Shown here one piece after another: positions 48,538 to 58,602 of a stretch of DNA of 64,000 nucleotides. Positions within the stretch are counted from its first letter, which is position 1. Every line of letters starts with the position of its first letter. A program made the translations under genes and the position numbers. Below the pieces are notes generated by a model. The model worked only from the letters and a program-made list of their open reading frames with translations. It was not told where the DNA came from and ran no database searches. The DNA comes from Candidatus Aenigmatarchaeota archaeon. GTDB taxonomy: Archaea > Aenigmatarchaeota > Aenigmatarchaeia > QMZP01 > QMZT01. The stretch lies in assembly GCA_026397315.1 (NCBI GenBank), contig JAPLVC010000003.1, positions 32,001 through 96,000 on the forward strand, in the 5' to 3' direction.

Positions 48538-49480
48538 GGTAAACGCTGCCGAAATTGCCCAGGAAGATGTAATCGTCGTCCGTCTCGGCCTTGTTGATGT
48601 ATGTTATCATTTCAGTTATCTTTGAATCGATGTCGTCCGCCATGTAGACGGCCAGTGCTTCAGGGATTGCCGGCTGCTTTGGCGAGCCGTATTCCAGCTT
48701 GCCGTGGTGGCTGAGAAGCATGTGCTTAACTTTCATCTTGAGCTCTTCAGGCGTATTGAGCTGGTCCATCTTCTTCGAGACGTCTTCGAAGGTCATGGCC
48801 AGGTGCCCGAGAAGCATGCCCTCGTTAGAAGGCTTTATGTGCGTCGTGACTTCCAGCTCTCGCATCTTGCCTATGTCGTGGAGTATCGCTCCGGTGAGCA
48901 TGAGGTCCCTGTCGAGCTGGGGATGTATTTTGCTCAGGAAGTCGCATATTTTCGCGACGTTGAGAGTATGCTCCAGAAGCCCGCCCAGCCATCCGTGGTG
49001 CTTGTACATCGCGGCCGGATGCTTCACGAATTTCTCAGAGAACGCCTTGTCCCTTATGAACGCCTCTACTATATCCTTAAGGTGGCGGTTGCCTATCGAA
49101 TCCGACAGTCTCGTCAGCTCGGCATACATTTCTTTCGTGTCTTTTTCGCTCTCTGGAACGAACGCAGCCTTGTCGTATTCGTTTTCCTTGAGCGCTGCTA
49201 TCTTGCCGACCGGCGGGTTGACGTTAACAGCGATCTTGCCGTTATACATGGTGGTTTCGCCTGAGACGTAAACTACTCCGTCTCTTTTTATGGCGTTGTA
49301 TATGCGTTCGACTTCGTCCTTGCTGTCGGAGCCCCAGTAACTGACCGGCACTTCGCCTGACGCATCGCCGACACGGATGTGGAACATGTAACCCTTGGCG
49401 TATTTCTGGACCGGCTTCTTGAATTTTACGACGTATTTTCCATCGAATGCCTCGTAAGCCACGAGGTTTTTCACAAGCAT
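48530..49480 (-). CDS. YhaM-like OB-fold plus HD-domain 3'-5' exonuclease
   Basis: PAAMYKHH..GGLLEHT, LHDIGK, LSHHGKLEYGSP. Confidence 0.92.
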   Translation of the reverse strand: MLVKNLVAYEAFDGKYVVKFKKPVQKYAKGYMFHIRVGDASGEVPVSYWGSDSKDEVERIYNAIKRDGVVYVSGETTMYNGKIAVNVNPPVGKIAALKENEYDKAAFVPESEKDTKEMYAELTRLSDSIGNRHLKDIVEAFIRDKAFSEKFVKHPAAMYKHHGWLGGLLEHTLNVAKICDFLSKIHPQLDRDLMLTGAILHDIGKMRELEVTTHIKPSNEGMLLGHLAMTFEDVSKKMDQLNTPEELKMKVKHMLLSHHGKLEYGSPKQPAIPEALAVYMADDIDSKITEMITYINKAETDDDYIFLGNFGSVYLK

Positions 49481-49529
49481 GGTTAAGATAGGGATGTACG
49501 ATTTAAAAATATCATGCAGATTGGATAAT

Positions 49530-49991
49530 CTAATATGTTGTAGACAATCCATACAGCCTGTGTTTAATTGCGGGAACATTACCATTTTCAGTGCCAATTA
49601 AGAAAAAACCTAGTCTTTGACAAATTTTTTCTGAGATAGAACCAGCTTCCACGTGCGCGTCAATTTCTTTAATACCAACATTTTTTCTAGCGAAATCTAT
49701 TGCATGTGAAACTAGAATCTCACCTATTTTCCTCTTTCTGAATTCTGGGTGAACTAAAGCGGCAATCATATATTTACCATCATCACGCTCTTTTAGCGAA
49801 GAATAGCCTACCATTCCTGTATCAGCAGATAATCTGGCGTAAAACTTAAACTCAGCCCCGCCATCAAGAAGAAGAGGTGTATCGGGATCAATTTTATAAC
49901 AATCTTTCCAAAAATTTATCAGCTCTTCGTCTGAGGAAGCGTTCGGGGATACGTTTTCAATAACCAAATCTGCATATCCCACGTACATCAC
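49530..49991 (-). CDS. GNAT acetyltransferase (AT-rich)
   Basis: VHPEFRKRKIG...RLGF. Confidence 0.75.
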   Translation of the reverse strand: MMYVGYADLVIENVSPNASSDEELINFWKDCYKIDPDTPLLLDGGAEFKFYARLSADTGMVGYSSLKERDDGKYMIAALVHPEFRKRKIGEILVSHAIDFARKNVGIKEIDAHVEAGSISEKICQRLGFFLIGTENGNVPAIKHRLYGLSTTY

Positions 49992-50055
49992 TTCCTGAAA
50001 ATGATATTGTCAGAAGTTTTAAAAATGATATATACACAAAAGTCAAAATAAGAGC

Positions 50056-50469
50056 ATGGATATCGCGGATGATGAAACGATTGGTTCTGAAGAGCAGGCC
50101 GAGCGGGAAAGGGAAGAATATGTCGACTTCGACTCGCTCAAGGAAAAAGTCAGGCACTTTGTGCGCGAGCGCGACTGGGAGAAATACCACAACCCGAAGG
50201 ACATAGCCATATCGATTGCCGTCGAAGCCGGCGAGCTGTTGGAGATATTCCAGTGGATGCAGCCGGACGAACTGGCGAAGGTCAAGGACAACGAGCAGGT
50301 CGTGGAGAAGATACGAGGCGAACTTGCCGACGTAATAAATCACTGCATCAGCCTTGCAAACAACCTGGACCTCGACATCCCCACGCTGGTCGTGGATAAG
50401 CTGAAAAAGGCAGAGAAGAAATACCCCAAGGAACAGTTCATGGGCGTCTGGCAGAAGCCTGAAGGATAG
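50056..50469 (+). CDS. MazG-like nucleotide pyrophosphohydrolase
   Basis: RDWEKYHNPKD..EAGELLEIFQW...ELADV...KYP. Confidence 0.92.
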   Translation: MDIADDETIGSEEQAEREREEYVDFDSLKEKVRHFVRERDWEKYHNPKDIAISIAVEAGELLEIFQWMQPDELAKVKDNEQVVEKIRGELADVINHCISLANNLDLDIPTLVVDKLKKAEKKYPKEQFMGVWQKPEG

Positions 50470-50504
50470 GCTCCGGATTTAAAAGTTCCGGCTAATTTTA
50501 AAGC

Positions 50505-50999
50505 ATGAACGGGCTTAATAAAAAGAATTACATGACGCTTCTTGAGTTCGCAGGAGTAATCGGAAACCCGAAATGCGCTGAATGCCCGCTCAACAGGTTT
50601 TACGAGAATGGATACGCGGCCCTGCGCGAAGGCAGGGAAGGCGACGCGGTCGTGCTTCTCGAAAAAGCCTCGGAATCACTGCTCTCGCAGAACATGGAGT
50701 GCTGCGGCGTATGGGGTTCGCTGGGCTACATCCTTGGCATAGGAAAAACCCTGGCGCCCATTTACAAAAAAGAGCTTATGAGAGACCTTTCCAGCAGCCA
50801 TACCCCGGAAAAGGCCAGCCTGGCCATGAGCATATCCGGGCTTTCCTCGACCGATGAAATCAACGACGTCCTGGCGTTATCCGGCAAATACATGGAAGTT
50901 GCTGATTACAGGAAAAAAATGGACTGGTTGAACATCATGCACCTGAAAGTAAAGGGAATGATGCTCACGAATCTGGTGAAAGCCGGAATTTTCGATTAG
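50505..50999 (+). CDS. hypothetical protein
   Basis: 164 aa ORF. Confidence 0.55.
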   Translation: MNGLNKKNYMTLLEFAGVIGNPKCAECPLNRFYENGYAALREGREGDAVVLLEKASESLLSQNMECCGVWGSLGYILGIGKTLAPIYKKELMRDLSSSHTPEKASLAMSISGLSSTDEINDVLALSGKYMEVADYRKKMDWLNIMHLKVKGMMLTNLVKAGIFD

Positions 51000-51036
51000 C
51001 TCAAAAAGGTTTAATATCCGTTTCGCAATTCTTATC

Positions 51037-51561
51037 ATGAAAGTCATAGTCTTCCGCCTCGGCCACCGCATCTCCAGGGACCACCGCATCTCGACGCACT
51101 GCGGTCTCGTCGCCAGGGCGTTGGGCGCGGACGGCATCGTTTATTCAGGCGACCAGGACCAGGCGATACTCGACAGCGTGACTCGCGTCCGTGAGGATTG
51201 GGGCGGGAAATTCTCCGTAGCTTATGAAAAGAGCTGGAAGAAGGTCGTGAAAGATTACAAGCGAAAGGGTTATACAATCGTGCACCTGACCATGTACGGC
51301 ATGCCAGTCCAGAAGAAGCTCAGCGGCTTGCGCAGGAAAGGAAAGCTGCTGGTCGTCGTGGGCGGGGAAAAAGTCCCCTGGGAGATGTATGAGATGGCAG
51401 ACTTCAACGTCGCCGTCACCAGCCAGCCGCACTCGGAAATAGCCGCGCTGGCGGTTTTTCTTGACAGGATTTTCTTCAGCAAGGAACTGGACAAGAAATT
51501 TTCTAGGGCGAAAAAAACCGTCATCCCGCAGGAACGCGGGAAGAAGGTCATAGGGAAATAG
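51037..51561 (+). CDS. trm56: tRNA (cytidine-56-2'-O)-methyltransferase
   Basis: RLGHRISRDHRISTH, VHLTMYG, VGGEKVP, QPHSEIAAL. Confidence 0.96.
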   Translation: MKVIVFRLGHRISRDHRISTHCGLVARALGADGIVYSGDQDQAILDSVTRVREDWGGKFSVAYEKSWKKVVKDYKRKGYTIVHLTMYGMPVQKKLSGLRRKGKLLVVVGGEKVPWEMYEMADFNVAVTSQPHSEIAALAVFLDRIFFSKELDKKFSRAKKTVIPQERGKKVIGK

Positions 51562-51763
51562 GGAAGCCCGCATTTTTTTTATACTCTTCAATCAGCGTTT
51601 CCACAAGTTCCTGGCTGCTGTCGTCCACGCCGACGGCATAAAGGTTAAAATGGCCAGCTATGGTTTTTATGTCACTTTCAGAAAGGCCGTATTTGTTCAA
51701 ATTGTTGAGCTTGGCTATGTACAGTTCCCATGAATTATTTAGCATGTTTTTACTTGAAGGCAA
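51548..51763 (-). CDS. hypothetical protein (AT-rich)
   Basis: 71 aa ORF. Confidence 0.35.
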   Translation of the reverse strand: MPSSKNMLNNSWELYIAKLNNLNKYGLSESDIKTIAGHFNLYAVGVDDSSQELVETLIEEYKKNAGFPISL

Positions 51764-51781
51764 GTTTTTTAAACAGACCCT

Positions 51782-52789
51782 TCACTGGGAAAACATTATG
51801 TTCTCGAGAAGCGCCTTGGCTCTCTGTTTCTTCGCCTCGTCCAGCGTGACGACGACGAGACCCTCGTCGAATTGCCCGTAGACGATTTTGCTGCCGAGCG
51901 GGAGATGGATGGCGCACGGCAGGACAGCGAGGTCTTCTTCTCCGCTCACGGTAATCCTGACTTTTTTCTTCTTGAGCGTTGGTATCGACTTCTCGACGGC
52001 CTTCCATAGCCGGGCCGTTATGCGAGTCTTGGGATTCCTGACCTTTATCTCGGTTCCCTTGAAATGGATTTTATCCTTGAATTTGCCGCGCTTCTCCTTG
52101 CCGTCGACTATTATCATGTGCGGTTTTATGCCGCTTTTTATGAGCGAGTAGCTGGCCGAGTCGCCTACGGCGACGAGCAGGCCCCTGAAGCCTTTGAGCT
52201 CTTTCGCGACCATTCTGGTCGCCTCGATCTTGTCGCCTTTATAGAGCTTGCCGAAAGGCATCCTGAATTCCATGAGCAGTCGCTCGGGCACGGCCAGGTC
52301 TTTTTCCACGTAGCTCTGGTCGTTTATTATCTCCTCGATTTCCTTAGCGACGACTCCCGGTTTTTTTCTCGTCGTGTCAATCTCGTGGACGTTCTTGTGC
52401 GCTTCCTTCGCCTCGTCAATAATGACCTGCATCATTTCCGCCTCGATGTTCTCCGCAACTTTCTCGGTGTGGAAGCCCTTTTTCAGCATGCGCTTTCTAA
52501 GGACGGTGGTGTCGGTCCTCAAAACAATCACCATGTCGCACGGCATGTCGTGCGCGTAATGGGACTCGATTATGAAATTCTTGTGCTCGTTTGCCAGAAG
52601 GTTGACTTCGGCTTTCAGCCGTTCGATGTCCACTATCTTTGACATGCGTTCGCTGTCGTAACCCTCGTAAAGTCCCTTCGCCGCGGCTATGCAATTCAGC
52701 GAGAACCAGTTCCAGCCCAGGCGTTTCGCCAGCGCCTTCGCCACTTCAGTCTTCCCGGTTCCTGGCGTGCCCGTGATGGCTATTATCAT
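51782..52789 (-). CDS. fusion of AK6/Fap7-type adenylate kinase and DUF359 GTP-dependent dephospho-CoA kinase
   Basis: N: ITGTPGTGKT, IESH, ENIEAE; C: AVGD, IVDGKEKR, GEEDLAVLP, YGQ..EG. Confidence 0.88.
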   Translation of the reverse strand: MIIAITGTPGTGKTEVAKALAKRLGWNWFSLNCIAAAKGLYEGYDSERMSKIVDIERLKAEVNLLANEHKNFIIESHYAHDMPCDMVIVLRTDTTVLRKRMLKKGFHTEKVAENIEAEMMQVIIDEAKEAHKNVHEIDTTRKKPGVVAKEIEEIINDQSYVEKDLAVPERLLMEFRMPFGKLYKGDKIEATRMVAKELKGFRGLLVAVGDSASYSLIKSGIKPHMIIVDGKEKRGKFKDKIHFKGTEIKVRNPKTRITARLWKAVEKSIPTLKKKKVRITVSGEEDLAVLPCAIHLPLGSKIVYGQFDEGLVVVTLDEAKKQRAKALLENIMFSQ

Positions 52790-52855
52790 ATAATAATGTT
52801 TGTCCAGCCCTCTTATATCCTGCGGCGGCGCAGGCTTTTAACATTCGCGCTTCAA

Positions 52856-53632
52856 ATGAATACTATGTTCAGGAAAGACAAGAAGAGGAGCTTCTGGGAT
52901 TCGGTGAAGAAGGTAATACGCCTGGCCGACGTCCTGCTGCTCCTGCTTGACGCGCGTTTCGTGGACGAATCGAGAAACATCGAGATAGAAGACAAGGTCA
53001 GGCTCGCGAGGAAGCCGCTCATTTACGTCGTCACAAAGTCTGACATGGTGGGCAAGCGGAAGGCAGAGTCGCAGAAGGGCAAGATGAGCCCGTGCGTATT
53101 CATTTCCGCGAAAGACCACACAGGCAGGGCGAAGCTCAAGGAGCGCATAATCATCGAGGCCGAGCGACGCTTCGGCAAGAAGGCTAGGATAAACATCGGC
53201 GTGCTCGGCTATCCCAACGTGGGCAAGTCGTCGCTCATCAACTACATGAAGGGCCAGCACTCCGCCAGGACCAGCAGCCTCAGCGGTTATACGAAGTTCG
53301 CCCAGGTCATAAAGAGCGACAACAGGCTTTACTTCATAGACACGCCGGGAGTCATACCCTACATGGAAAAAGACGCTGTCAAACACGTCTCGATGAGTGT
53401 CATCGACTCCACCAAGGTGCACGACCCGGACCTCATGGTCGCGGAGCTCATGCGCAGGCATCCCGGGAAGATAGAAGCCTATTTCGGCGTCGCCGTCCAT
53501 GAAGACAAGCAGAAGACAATCGAAGAAATCGCTCTCCAGAAGCACATGCTCTTGCGCGGAGGCGTGCCTGATGTTGAGCGCATGTGCAGGCTGATAATAA
53601 AGAACTTCCAGTCGGGCAAAATAAAAATCTGA
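52856..53632 (+). CDS. circularly permuted ribosome-biogenesis GTPase (RbgA/YlqF family)
   Basis: LDAR, TKSD, ISAK, GYPNVGKSS, DTPG order. Confidence 0.92.
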   Translation: MNTMFRKDKKRSFWDSVKKVIRLADVLLLLLDARFVDESRNIEIEDKVRLARKPLIYVVTKSDMVGKRKAESQKGKMSPCVFISAKDHTGRAKLKERIIIEAERRFGKKARINIGVLGYPNVGKSSLINYMKGQHSARTSSLSGYTKFAQVIKSDNRLYFIDTPGVIPYMEKDAVKHVSMSVIDSTKVHDPDLMVAELMRRHPGKIEAYFGVAVHEDKQKTIEEIALQKHMLLRGGVPDVERMCRLIIKNFQSGKIKI

Positions 53633-53699
53633 ATGCCGTAATCATAAATCTTAAAAACCACGGAACCATTAGATTGTTATCTGTTGACAGGGTATCATT

Positions 53700-54647
53700 A
53701 TGCATCTCGAGATATGGACGGAGAAATACAGGCCCAAGATGCTGGAAGACGTGATCGACCAGAAGCACGTCGTTTCGCGCCTGAAGGCCTGGGTCAAGAG
53801 CGGCTCGATACCTCACATGCTTTTCGCAGGGCCGGCCGGAGTGGGCAAGACTACGGTCGCGCTATGCCTCGCACGCGAACTCTTCGGCAGCAACTGGAAG
53901 AGCAATTTTCAGGAGACAAATGCATCGGATGAAAGAGGCATCAACATCGTGCGCGGGCGAGTGAAGGAATTCGCGCGCATGAAGTCCATGGGCTCAGAAT
54001 TCAAAATCGTGTTTCTCGACGAGTCGGACGCGCTCACGCAGGAGGCGCAGCAGGCGCTCAGGCGAACGATGGAGCGCTTCTCCGATTCGTGCCGTTTCAT
54101 TCTTTCATGCAATTATTCCAGCAGGATAATCGACCCGATACAGTCGAGAACTTCCGTCTTTCGTTTTAAACGCCTCAACAAGGAAAGCGTCAAGGAATAC
54201 ATGAAGCGCATCGCGGCCGGAGAGAAGATTCAGGTTAATGACGACGCGCTTGACGCGATTTTCGAGATTTCCGAGGGCGACCTGAGAAAAGCGACCAATC
54301 TTCTTCAGTCGAGCTCGGCGCTGGGCAAGGTCACAAAGGAAAGCGTATACGATGCCGCGGCGCAGTCGAAGCCCGAGGACATCCGCAACATGATAGAGAG
54401 CGCGATGGCCGGCAAATTCATGGACGCGAGGAAGAAGCTATACGAACTGCTCATAACCCAGGGCCTTTCCGGCGAGGACGTCATAAAGGGGATACACAAG
54501 GAAATCTTCGACCTGAAGCTTGCCGAGGAGACTAAGATACAGCTCGCCGAGAAAATAGGCGAGTTCGAGTTCCGCCTGAACCAGGGCGGCTCGCCTGAGA
54601 TACAGCTCGAGGCATTGCTGGCCCAGTTCATGAAGCACGGCAAATAA
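53700..54647 (+). CDS. rfcS: replication factor C small subunit (no intein)
   Basis: WTEKYRP, GPAGVGKT, NASDERG, AQQALRRTME, IQSR. Confidence 0.97.
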   Translation: MHLEIWTEKYRPKMLEDVIDQKHVVSRLKAWVKSGSIPHMLFAGPAGVGKTTVALCLARELFGSNWKSNFQETNASDERGINIVRGRVKEFARMKSMGSEFKIVFLDESDALTQEAQQALRRTMERFSDSCRFILSCNYSSRIIDPIQSRTSVFRFKRLNKESVKEYMKRIAAGEKIQVNDDALDAIFEISEGDLRKATNLLQSSSALGKVTKESVYDAAAQSKPEDIRNMIESAMAGKFMDARKKLYELLITQGLSGEDVIKGIHKEIFDLKLAEETKIQLAEKIGEFEFRLNQGGSPEIQLEALLAQFMKHGK

Positions 54648-54658
54648 AAAAATTTTTA

Positions 54659-55216
54659 TTAAAGCCCTAATTTTTCAAAAGCTAGTCTAATCGAAGGATT
54701 TTGTGGAGGAACTTCGTTCTTGATTATTGGCGGCTTCATAGGTTCTTCCGGTTTGAATATTCCGTCACCTAAAAGCTCATATTCGGCAAATGCTCTTATT
54801 GCATGCATTTGACCTCTTTCAGAATGGATATAAGAATTATATGTCATTGCTAGCATTTCCAGTAATTTACGATTATCACTGCATATGAATTGAAATATTT
54901 TTTTTGCAGCATTTTCTTTCAACTTAAGACCGGATTGCAGATTTTGCACACATTTTTGCTCAATTATTTTACCCTTTTCGGCATTCACTACAAATTCATA
55001 ACTTTTACCGACAAGGTCTTTATATTTTTCAGCTTCAGGACGTCCCTGAATTTCTGTCAATATTTCATTATATCGATTTCTTATCTTTCTGTCCAAGTAA
55101 AAAGCTACAGGATTCCTTTCAATCAAACATTGCAGAGGATAAAGAGTCATGTTTTGAATTTTTATTAAAAATTTTATAAAATCGGCATGTTCCTTAATCG
55201 GCTCTAGTTTTCTCAA
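54659..55216 (-). CDS. hypothetical protein (AT-rich orphan)
   Basis: 185 aa ORF overlapping the alaX stop; start uncertain. Confidence 0.55.
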   Translation of the reverse strand: MRKLEPIKEHADFIKFLIKIQNMTLYPLQCLIERNPVAFYLDRKIRNRYNEILTEIQGRPEAEKYKDLVGKSYEFVVNAEKGKIIEQKCVQNLQSGLKLKENAAKKIFQFICSDNRKLLEMLAMTYNSYIHSERGQMHAIRAFAEYELLGDGIFKPEEPMKPPIIKNEVPPQNPSIRLAFEKLGL

Positions 55217-55922
55217 GCTCGAACCTGACGCGTATCGTATCCTTGCCTTTGTTGTCGACCTTCGTTATCCTTATGTGGCCGATTTCTGCCGTGTTCGCGA
55301 CGTGCGTGCCGCCGCAGGGGACTTTGTCCGCGCCCTCGATTTCGACGATGCGGACTTCCTTTACCGATTCCGGCAGGCGCGCGAACAAACGCCTCCGCCT
55401 CTCATCGACGGACTTGAGCACTTCATCACGGGCGGTGAAATATATCTTTACCGGCAGCGCGTCGTCGACTGCCTTGTTGAACTTCGTGGTAAGAATGTCG
55501 ATGAAGTCCGTTGGAGGCGTTAATGGATTGAAGTCGATGCGCGAATAATCAAGCTCTATCTGGTTCCCCGCCGTCGAGGAGCCCCATAGGTCGAGCACAA
55601 TCGCCGAAAGCAGGTGCTGCGCGGTATGCATGCACATGAACGTGTGGCGCTTATCCCAGTCTATCGCGCCTTTCACGAGCGTCTCGTGGACCGGCGCTTC
55701 TGTGAAGTGCTTGACCACGCCCGCGTCTTTCTGAACACTGGTCACGCGAATGCCGTTCAGCGTTCCAGTATCGCTGCTCTGGCCGCCGCCAAGCGGGTAA
55801 AAAGCAGTCTTGTCCAGCACGACGAAATGGCGTCCTCCGTCCTCGCCGCGCTGGAGGACCCTCGCCTCGAATTCCCTCAGGTAACAGTCGCGCATGTAAA
55901 GCATTTCAGTTTGCATAATCAT
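55194..55922 (-). CDS. alaX: alanyl-tRNA editing protein AlaX-M
   Basis: TAFYPLGGGQ..DTG, HTAQH, CGGTH. Confidence 0.93.
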   Translation of the reverse strand: MIMQTEMLYMRDCYLREFEARVLQRGEDGGRHFVVLDKTAFYPLGGGQSSDTGTLNGIRVTSVQKDAGVVKHFTEAPVHETLVKGAIDWDKRHTFMCMHTAQHLLSAIVLDLWGSSTAGNQIELDYSRIDFNPLTPPTDFIDILTTKFNKAVDDALPVKIYFTARDEVLKSVDERRRRLFARLPESVKEVRIVEIEGADKVPCGGTHVANTAEIGHIRITKVDNKGKDTIRVRFELEKTRAD

Positions 55923-56857
55923 CAGAAATTCTTTTTAAGAAAGTCCGCGGCCTGCTTTATCACTGAAAATTTCGTGACCGGGGTCTCGATGGTGTCGCTG
56001 GCGTAATACTCGTCGGACTCGTCGCGTATGAGGTCTATCGAGTCCTTCCTGAACTGGCCGTTATAAACGGAAATCGCGTGGACCGCGATGCAGATTATCT
56101 TCTTAGCGTTCGCCTTCCTGCCCATCTGCACGGCCTTGTACATCGTGCCTCCGGACGACGTTATGTCGTCGAAGATTATGAGCTCCTTACCGGTAAGGTC
56201 GGGGATGACCGCGGACGACTGTATCTCGCCCGTTATGTAATCGCGTTTCTTGTAGACTGCGAGCGTCTCGCCCTTTATCGCCTTTGCGAGTATTTCGACA
56301 TTCCCTTTGGTGGTCATGTCGGGCGCGATAACGATGGGTTTCTTGAAGCCCATGCCCCTGAGGAAGTCCGCCGCTGAAGAAGTGGCGTCTATGTTGTATA
56401 CGCGCTTGTCTATCCAGCCCTCCTGCCTGAAGTCGTGGCTTGTAACGTTGACCATGAGGTCGCACTTGGACGAAAGCGCAGCCCTGACGCTTTTCAGCGA
56501 CACCACTTCGCCCGGGGTGAACTCCTTGTCCTGGCGCGCGTATGGTATGTAAGGCATGACGAGGCACGTCTTCTTCGCGCCCAGCTCCTTTATCGTGTCG
56601 AGGACGAAAAGCGCCTCTGTGAACATCTTATCCTGGTTCATGCCCGGCGTGCGGCCGCGCACTACGAGAATGACCTTGGCGCCTTTTAGCTGCTCCGGGT
56701 CGGATATCTTGAAGTTGCTCTCGCCGTCGGGGAAAACCTTGCTCTCTATCCTGACGTGGCCTGCTTTCATCTCTTTTGCAAGGCCTTCCGAAAACCTGTC
56801 CCTGCCCAGAACAATCATAAAGAAATGTAGTATGCCCGATATAAAAATGTAAGCCAT
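55922..56857 (-). CDS. prs: ribose-phosphate pyrophosphokinase
   Basis: FPDGE, PYARQDK, IAPD, FDDITSSGGT. Confidence 0.93.
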   Translation of the reverse strand: MAYIFISGILHFFMIVLGRDRFSEGLAKEMKAGHVRIESKVFPDGESNFKISDPEQLKGAKVILVVRGRTPGMNQDKMFTEALFVLDTIKELGAKKTCLVMPYIPYARQDKEFTPGEVVSLKSVRAALSSKCDLMVNVTSHDFRQEGWIDKRVYNIDATSSAADFLRGMGFKKPIVIAPDMTTKGNVEILAKAIKGETLAVYKKRDYITGEIQSSAVIPDLTGKELIIFDDITSSGGTMYKAVQMGRKANAKKIICIAVHAISVYNGQFRKDSIDLIRDESDEYYASDTIETPVTKFSVIKQAADFLKKNF

Positions 56858-56906
56858 TCGCTAGCGCATGCGGAAACTTTTTAATCCCGTAAAACAATTT
56901 TTTAGC

Positions 56907-57137
56907 ATGTCAAAGGAAGAAACACGCGAAGAAAAGAAAAGCGTCTCCCTGTGGTGGATGTTCGTGCCGGTATTCTTCGGAGTGGCCGGCGGCTGGCTCG
57001 CCTGGCAGCAGCACAAGGAAAGGGAGAGGGAAATGGCGAGGATAATGCTCGTCATAGGCATAGTGTTCACCGCGATAATACTGCTTCTTTACATATGGCT
57101 CGTTTCCGGCGTTAGAATCCCGCTGGTCCACCTCTGA
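56907..57137 (+). CDS. small membrane protein
   Basis: WWMFVPVFFGVAGGWLAW, two TMs. Confidence 0.7.
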   Translation: MSKEETREEKKSVSLWWMFVPVFFGVAGGWLAWQQHKEREREMARIMLVIGIVFTAIILLLYIWLVSGVRIPLVHL

Positions 57138-57188
57138 AGGCGCCAGCTTAAATAATTCCAGCCTCAATAATAAAACAAGTGATATTTT

Positions 57189-57344
57189 ATGATGTGCCCC
57201 ATCCGCAGCCTTAACAGCCACGCTTCAGACGAATGTGTCGAGAGGCACTGCGCTTTCTGGAACAAAAATGAATGCGTGATAACAGGATTTCTGAGAAGCT
57301 TCGTCAAAGGGAATGCAGATGACAGGGATGAGGCATCGATGTAG
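57189..57344 (+). CDS. small Cys-rich protein (51 aa)
   Basis: MMCPI...ECVERHCAFW...ECVI; GTGA RBS. Confidence 0.5.
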   Translation: MMCPIRSLNSHASDECVERHCAFWNKNECVITGFLRSFVKGNADDRDEASM

Positions 57345-57381
57345 GCAGGAATAAGCTGTAAATAAAAAAATAAATGCCAGT

Positions 57382-57897
57382 TTACTTGCCCAAGCTCATT
57401 ATATCATTAAGATTAAGGCCCTTTATTTCGCCGCTCTTCACCGCTTGCACCATGCGCTGCTCCAGGCCTTCGTAATTCTGCGAGTCGGTCCTCTGCTTCA
57501 GCTCCAGCGCCAGCTCATAGCTGACGTAGACCGTGCGCTGCGGCGTTTCTGACGACTCGGTTATCTTTCCGCCCTCTATCTTCAAAACCTGGCAGTAGTT
57601 GTAGTCCTTGAACACGCAGAACTTTATCGGGTTGCCTATCTTAGCCAGGATGTTAAGCGAGCTGCCGGCATCGGACGAAGTCAGAGTCTCCAAGAGATTC
57701 GATAGCTGCGCGTCGCTTTTCATGTCCTTTTCAGGCAGGTTCGGTGGCGCCTGGTTGAACATGAAGTTGATCATGTCAGCGAAGCCGATTTTCTCGCCCA
57801 TGACTTCAGTAATGGGAAAGTTGGTCACGTAAAGCCCGCCGAACACTGCGGTTATAACAAGCGGTATTAACAAAACTAGCATGCCGATGCCTTTCAT
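57382..57897 (-). CDS. membrane-anchored hypothetical protein
   Basis: N-terminal TM. Confidence 0.7.
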   Translation of the reverse strand: MKGIGMLVLLIPLVITAVFGGLYVTNFPITEVMGEKIGFADMINFMFNQAPPNLPEKDMKSDAQLSNLLETLTSSDAGSSLNILAKIGNPIKFCVFKDYNYCQVLKIEGGKITESSETPQRTVYVSYELALELKQRTDSQNYEGLEQRMVQAVKSGEIKGLNLNDIMSLGK

Positions 57898-57921
57898 GTT
57901 CCCCACCCCACTACAACGTCT

Positions 57922-58119
57922 CTACCTGCAGCATTTCTTGGCCAGGAGGAAAACGCCCAGTATGAGGAAAATTATCGTCCAACTGCCCACGCCCGCTATA
58001 AAACCGACATCGCGCGCTAGGAACAGCAGACCTATCACCAAAAGGGCAATTCCCAGTGTGGATCCGTGCGCACCATGACAGCAGCAGTGTCCGTTTTCCT
58101 TGCTTTCTTTGTTTGCCAT
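57922..58119 (-). CDS. small membrane protein
   Basis: GIALLVIGLLFLARDVG...W.IIFLILG. Confidence 0.7.
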   Translation of the reverse strand: MANKESKENGHCCCHGAHGSTLGIALLVIGLLFLARDVGFIAGVGSWTIIFLILGVFLLAKKCCR

Positions 58120-58162
58120 GATATATAGTTGTTTGGAGCCGCTTAAAAACAAGTTCCATTTA

Positions 58163-58477
58163 TTAAGTCTCGTTATGTCTTGGCTTTAAGCGGCTTATTA
58201 TTTTGTCAACTATCAGTGCAATAAAATAAGAGTAGAATGGTATTAGCACCAAACTAAACATAAAGCCAGTGCTTCCGAAAAACTCCACTAATATCAAAGG
58301 CGGGCTGATCGCATAAGATTGTTTATCACACTTCATTCCCTCTTCTCCACCACCCACCGGACTTATCCCATCGTTGCAAAATTCACGTACAGGCAAAAAA
58401 CATATAACCAACAATGCTAAGAAAACAATCATGCTGATGGTAGATTTGAGCTTGAGGCTCGTTTTCATGAATATCAA
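58163..58477 (-). CDS. small membrane protein (AT-rich)
   Basis: Two TMs; lies at left edge of the integrated element. Confidence 0.5.
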   Translation of the reverse strand: MIFMKTSLKLKSTISMIVFLALLVICFLPVREFCNDGISPVGGGEEGMKCDKQSYAISPPLILVEFFGSTGFMFSLVLIPFYSYFIALIVDKIISRLKPRHNET

Positions 58478-58602
58478 TTGTCAGCTTCACTTAAATAACA
58501 CATAACACAAGCCCCAGGAGGGCTTCATAACAGGCGCGGAGACTACTTCTGGTGAAAAACCTGCAGAAAACGCTAAATCCAAGACTCTGGGGCGCACTGA
58601 AA

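Noticed and set aside
6181-50500. Recurring CCGG next to TTTA(A/T)A in intergenic gaps as cassette recombination sites
   Set aside because: Short and variable; better explained as BRE-TATA promoter elements.
53700-54647. Inteins in RFC-S or Cdc48
   Set aside because: Both proteins are normal length with contiguous motifs.
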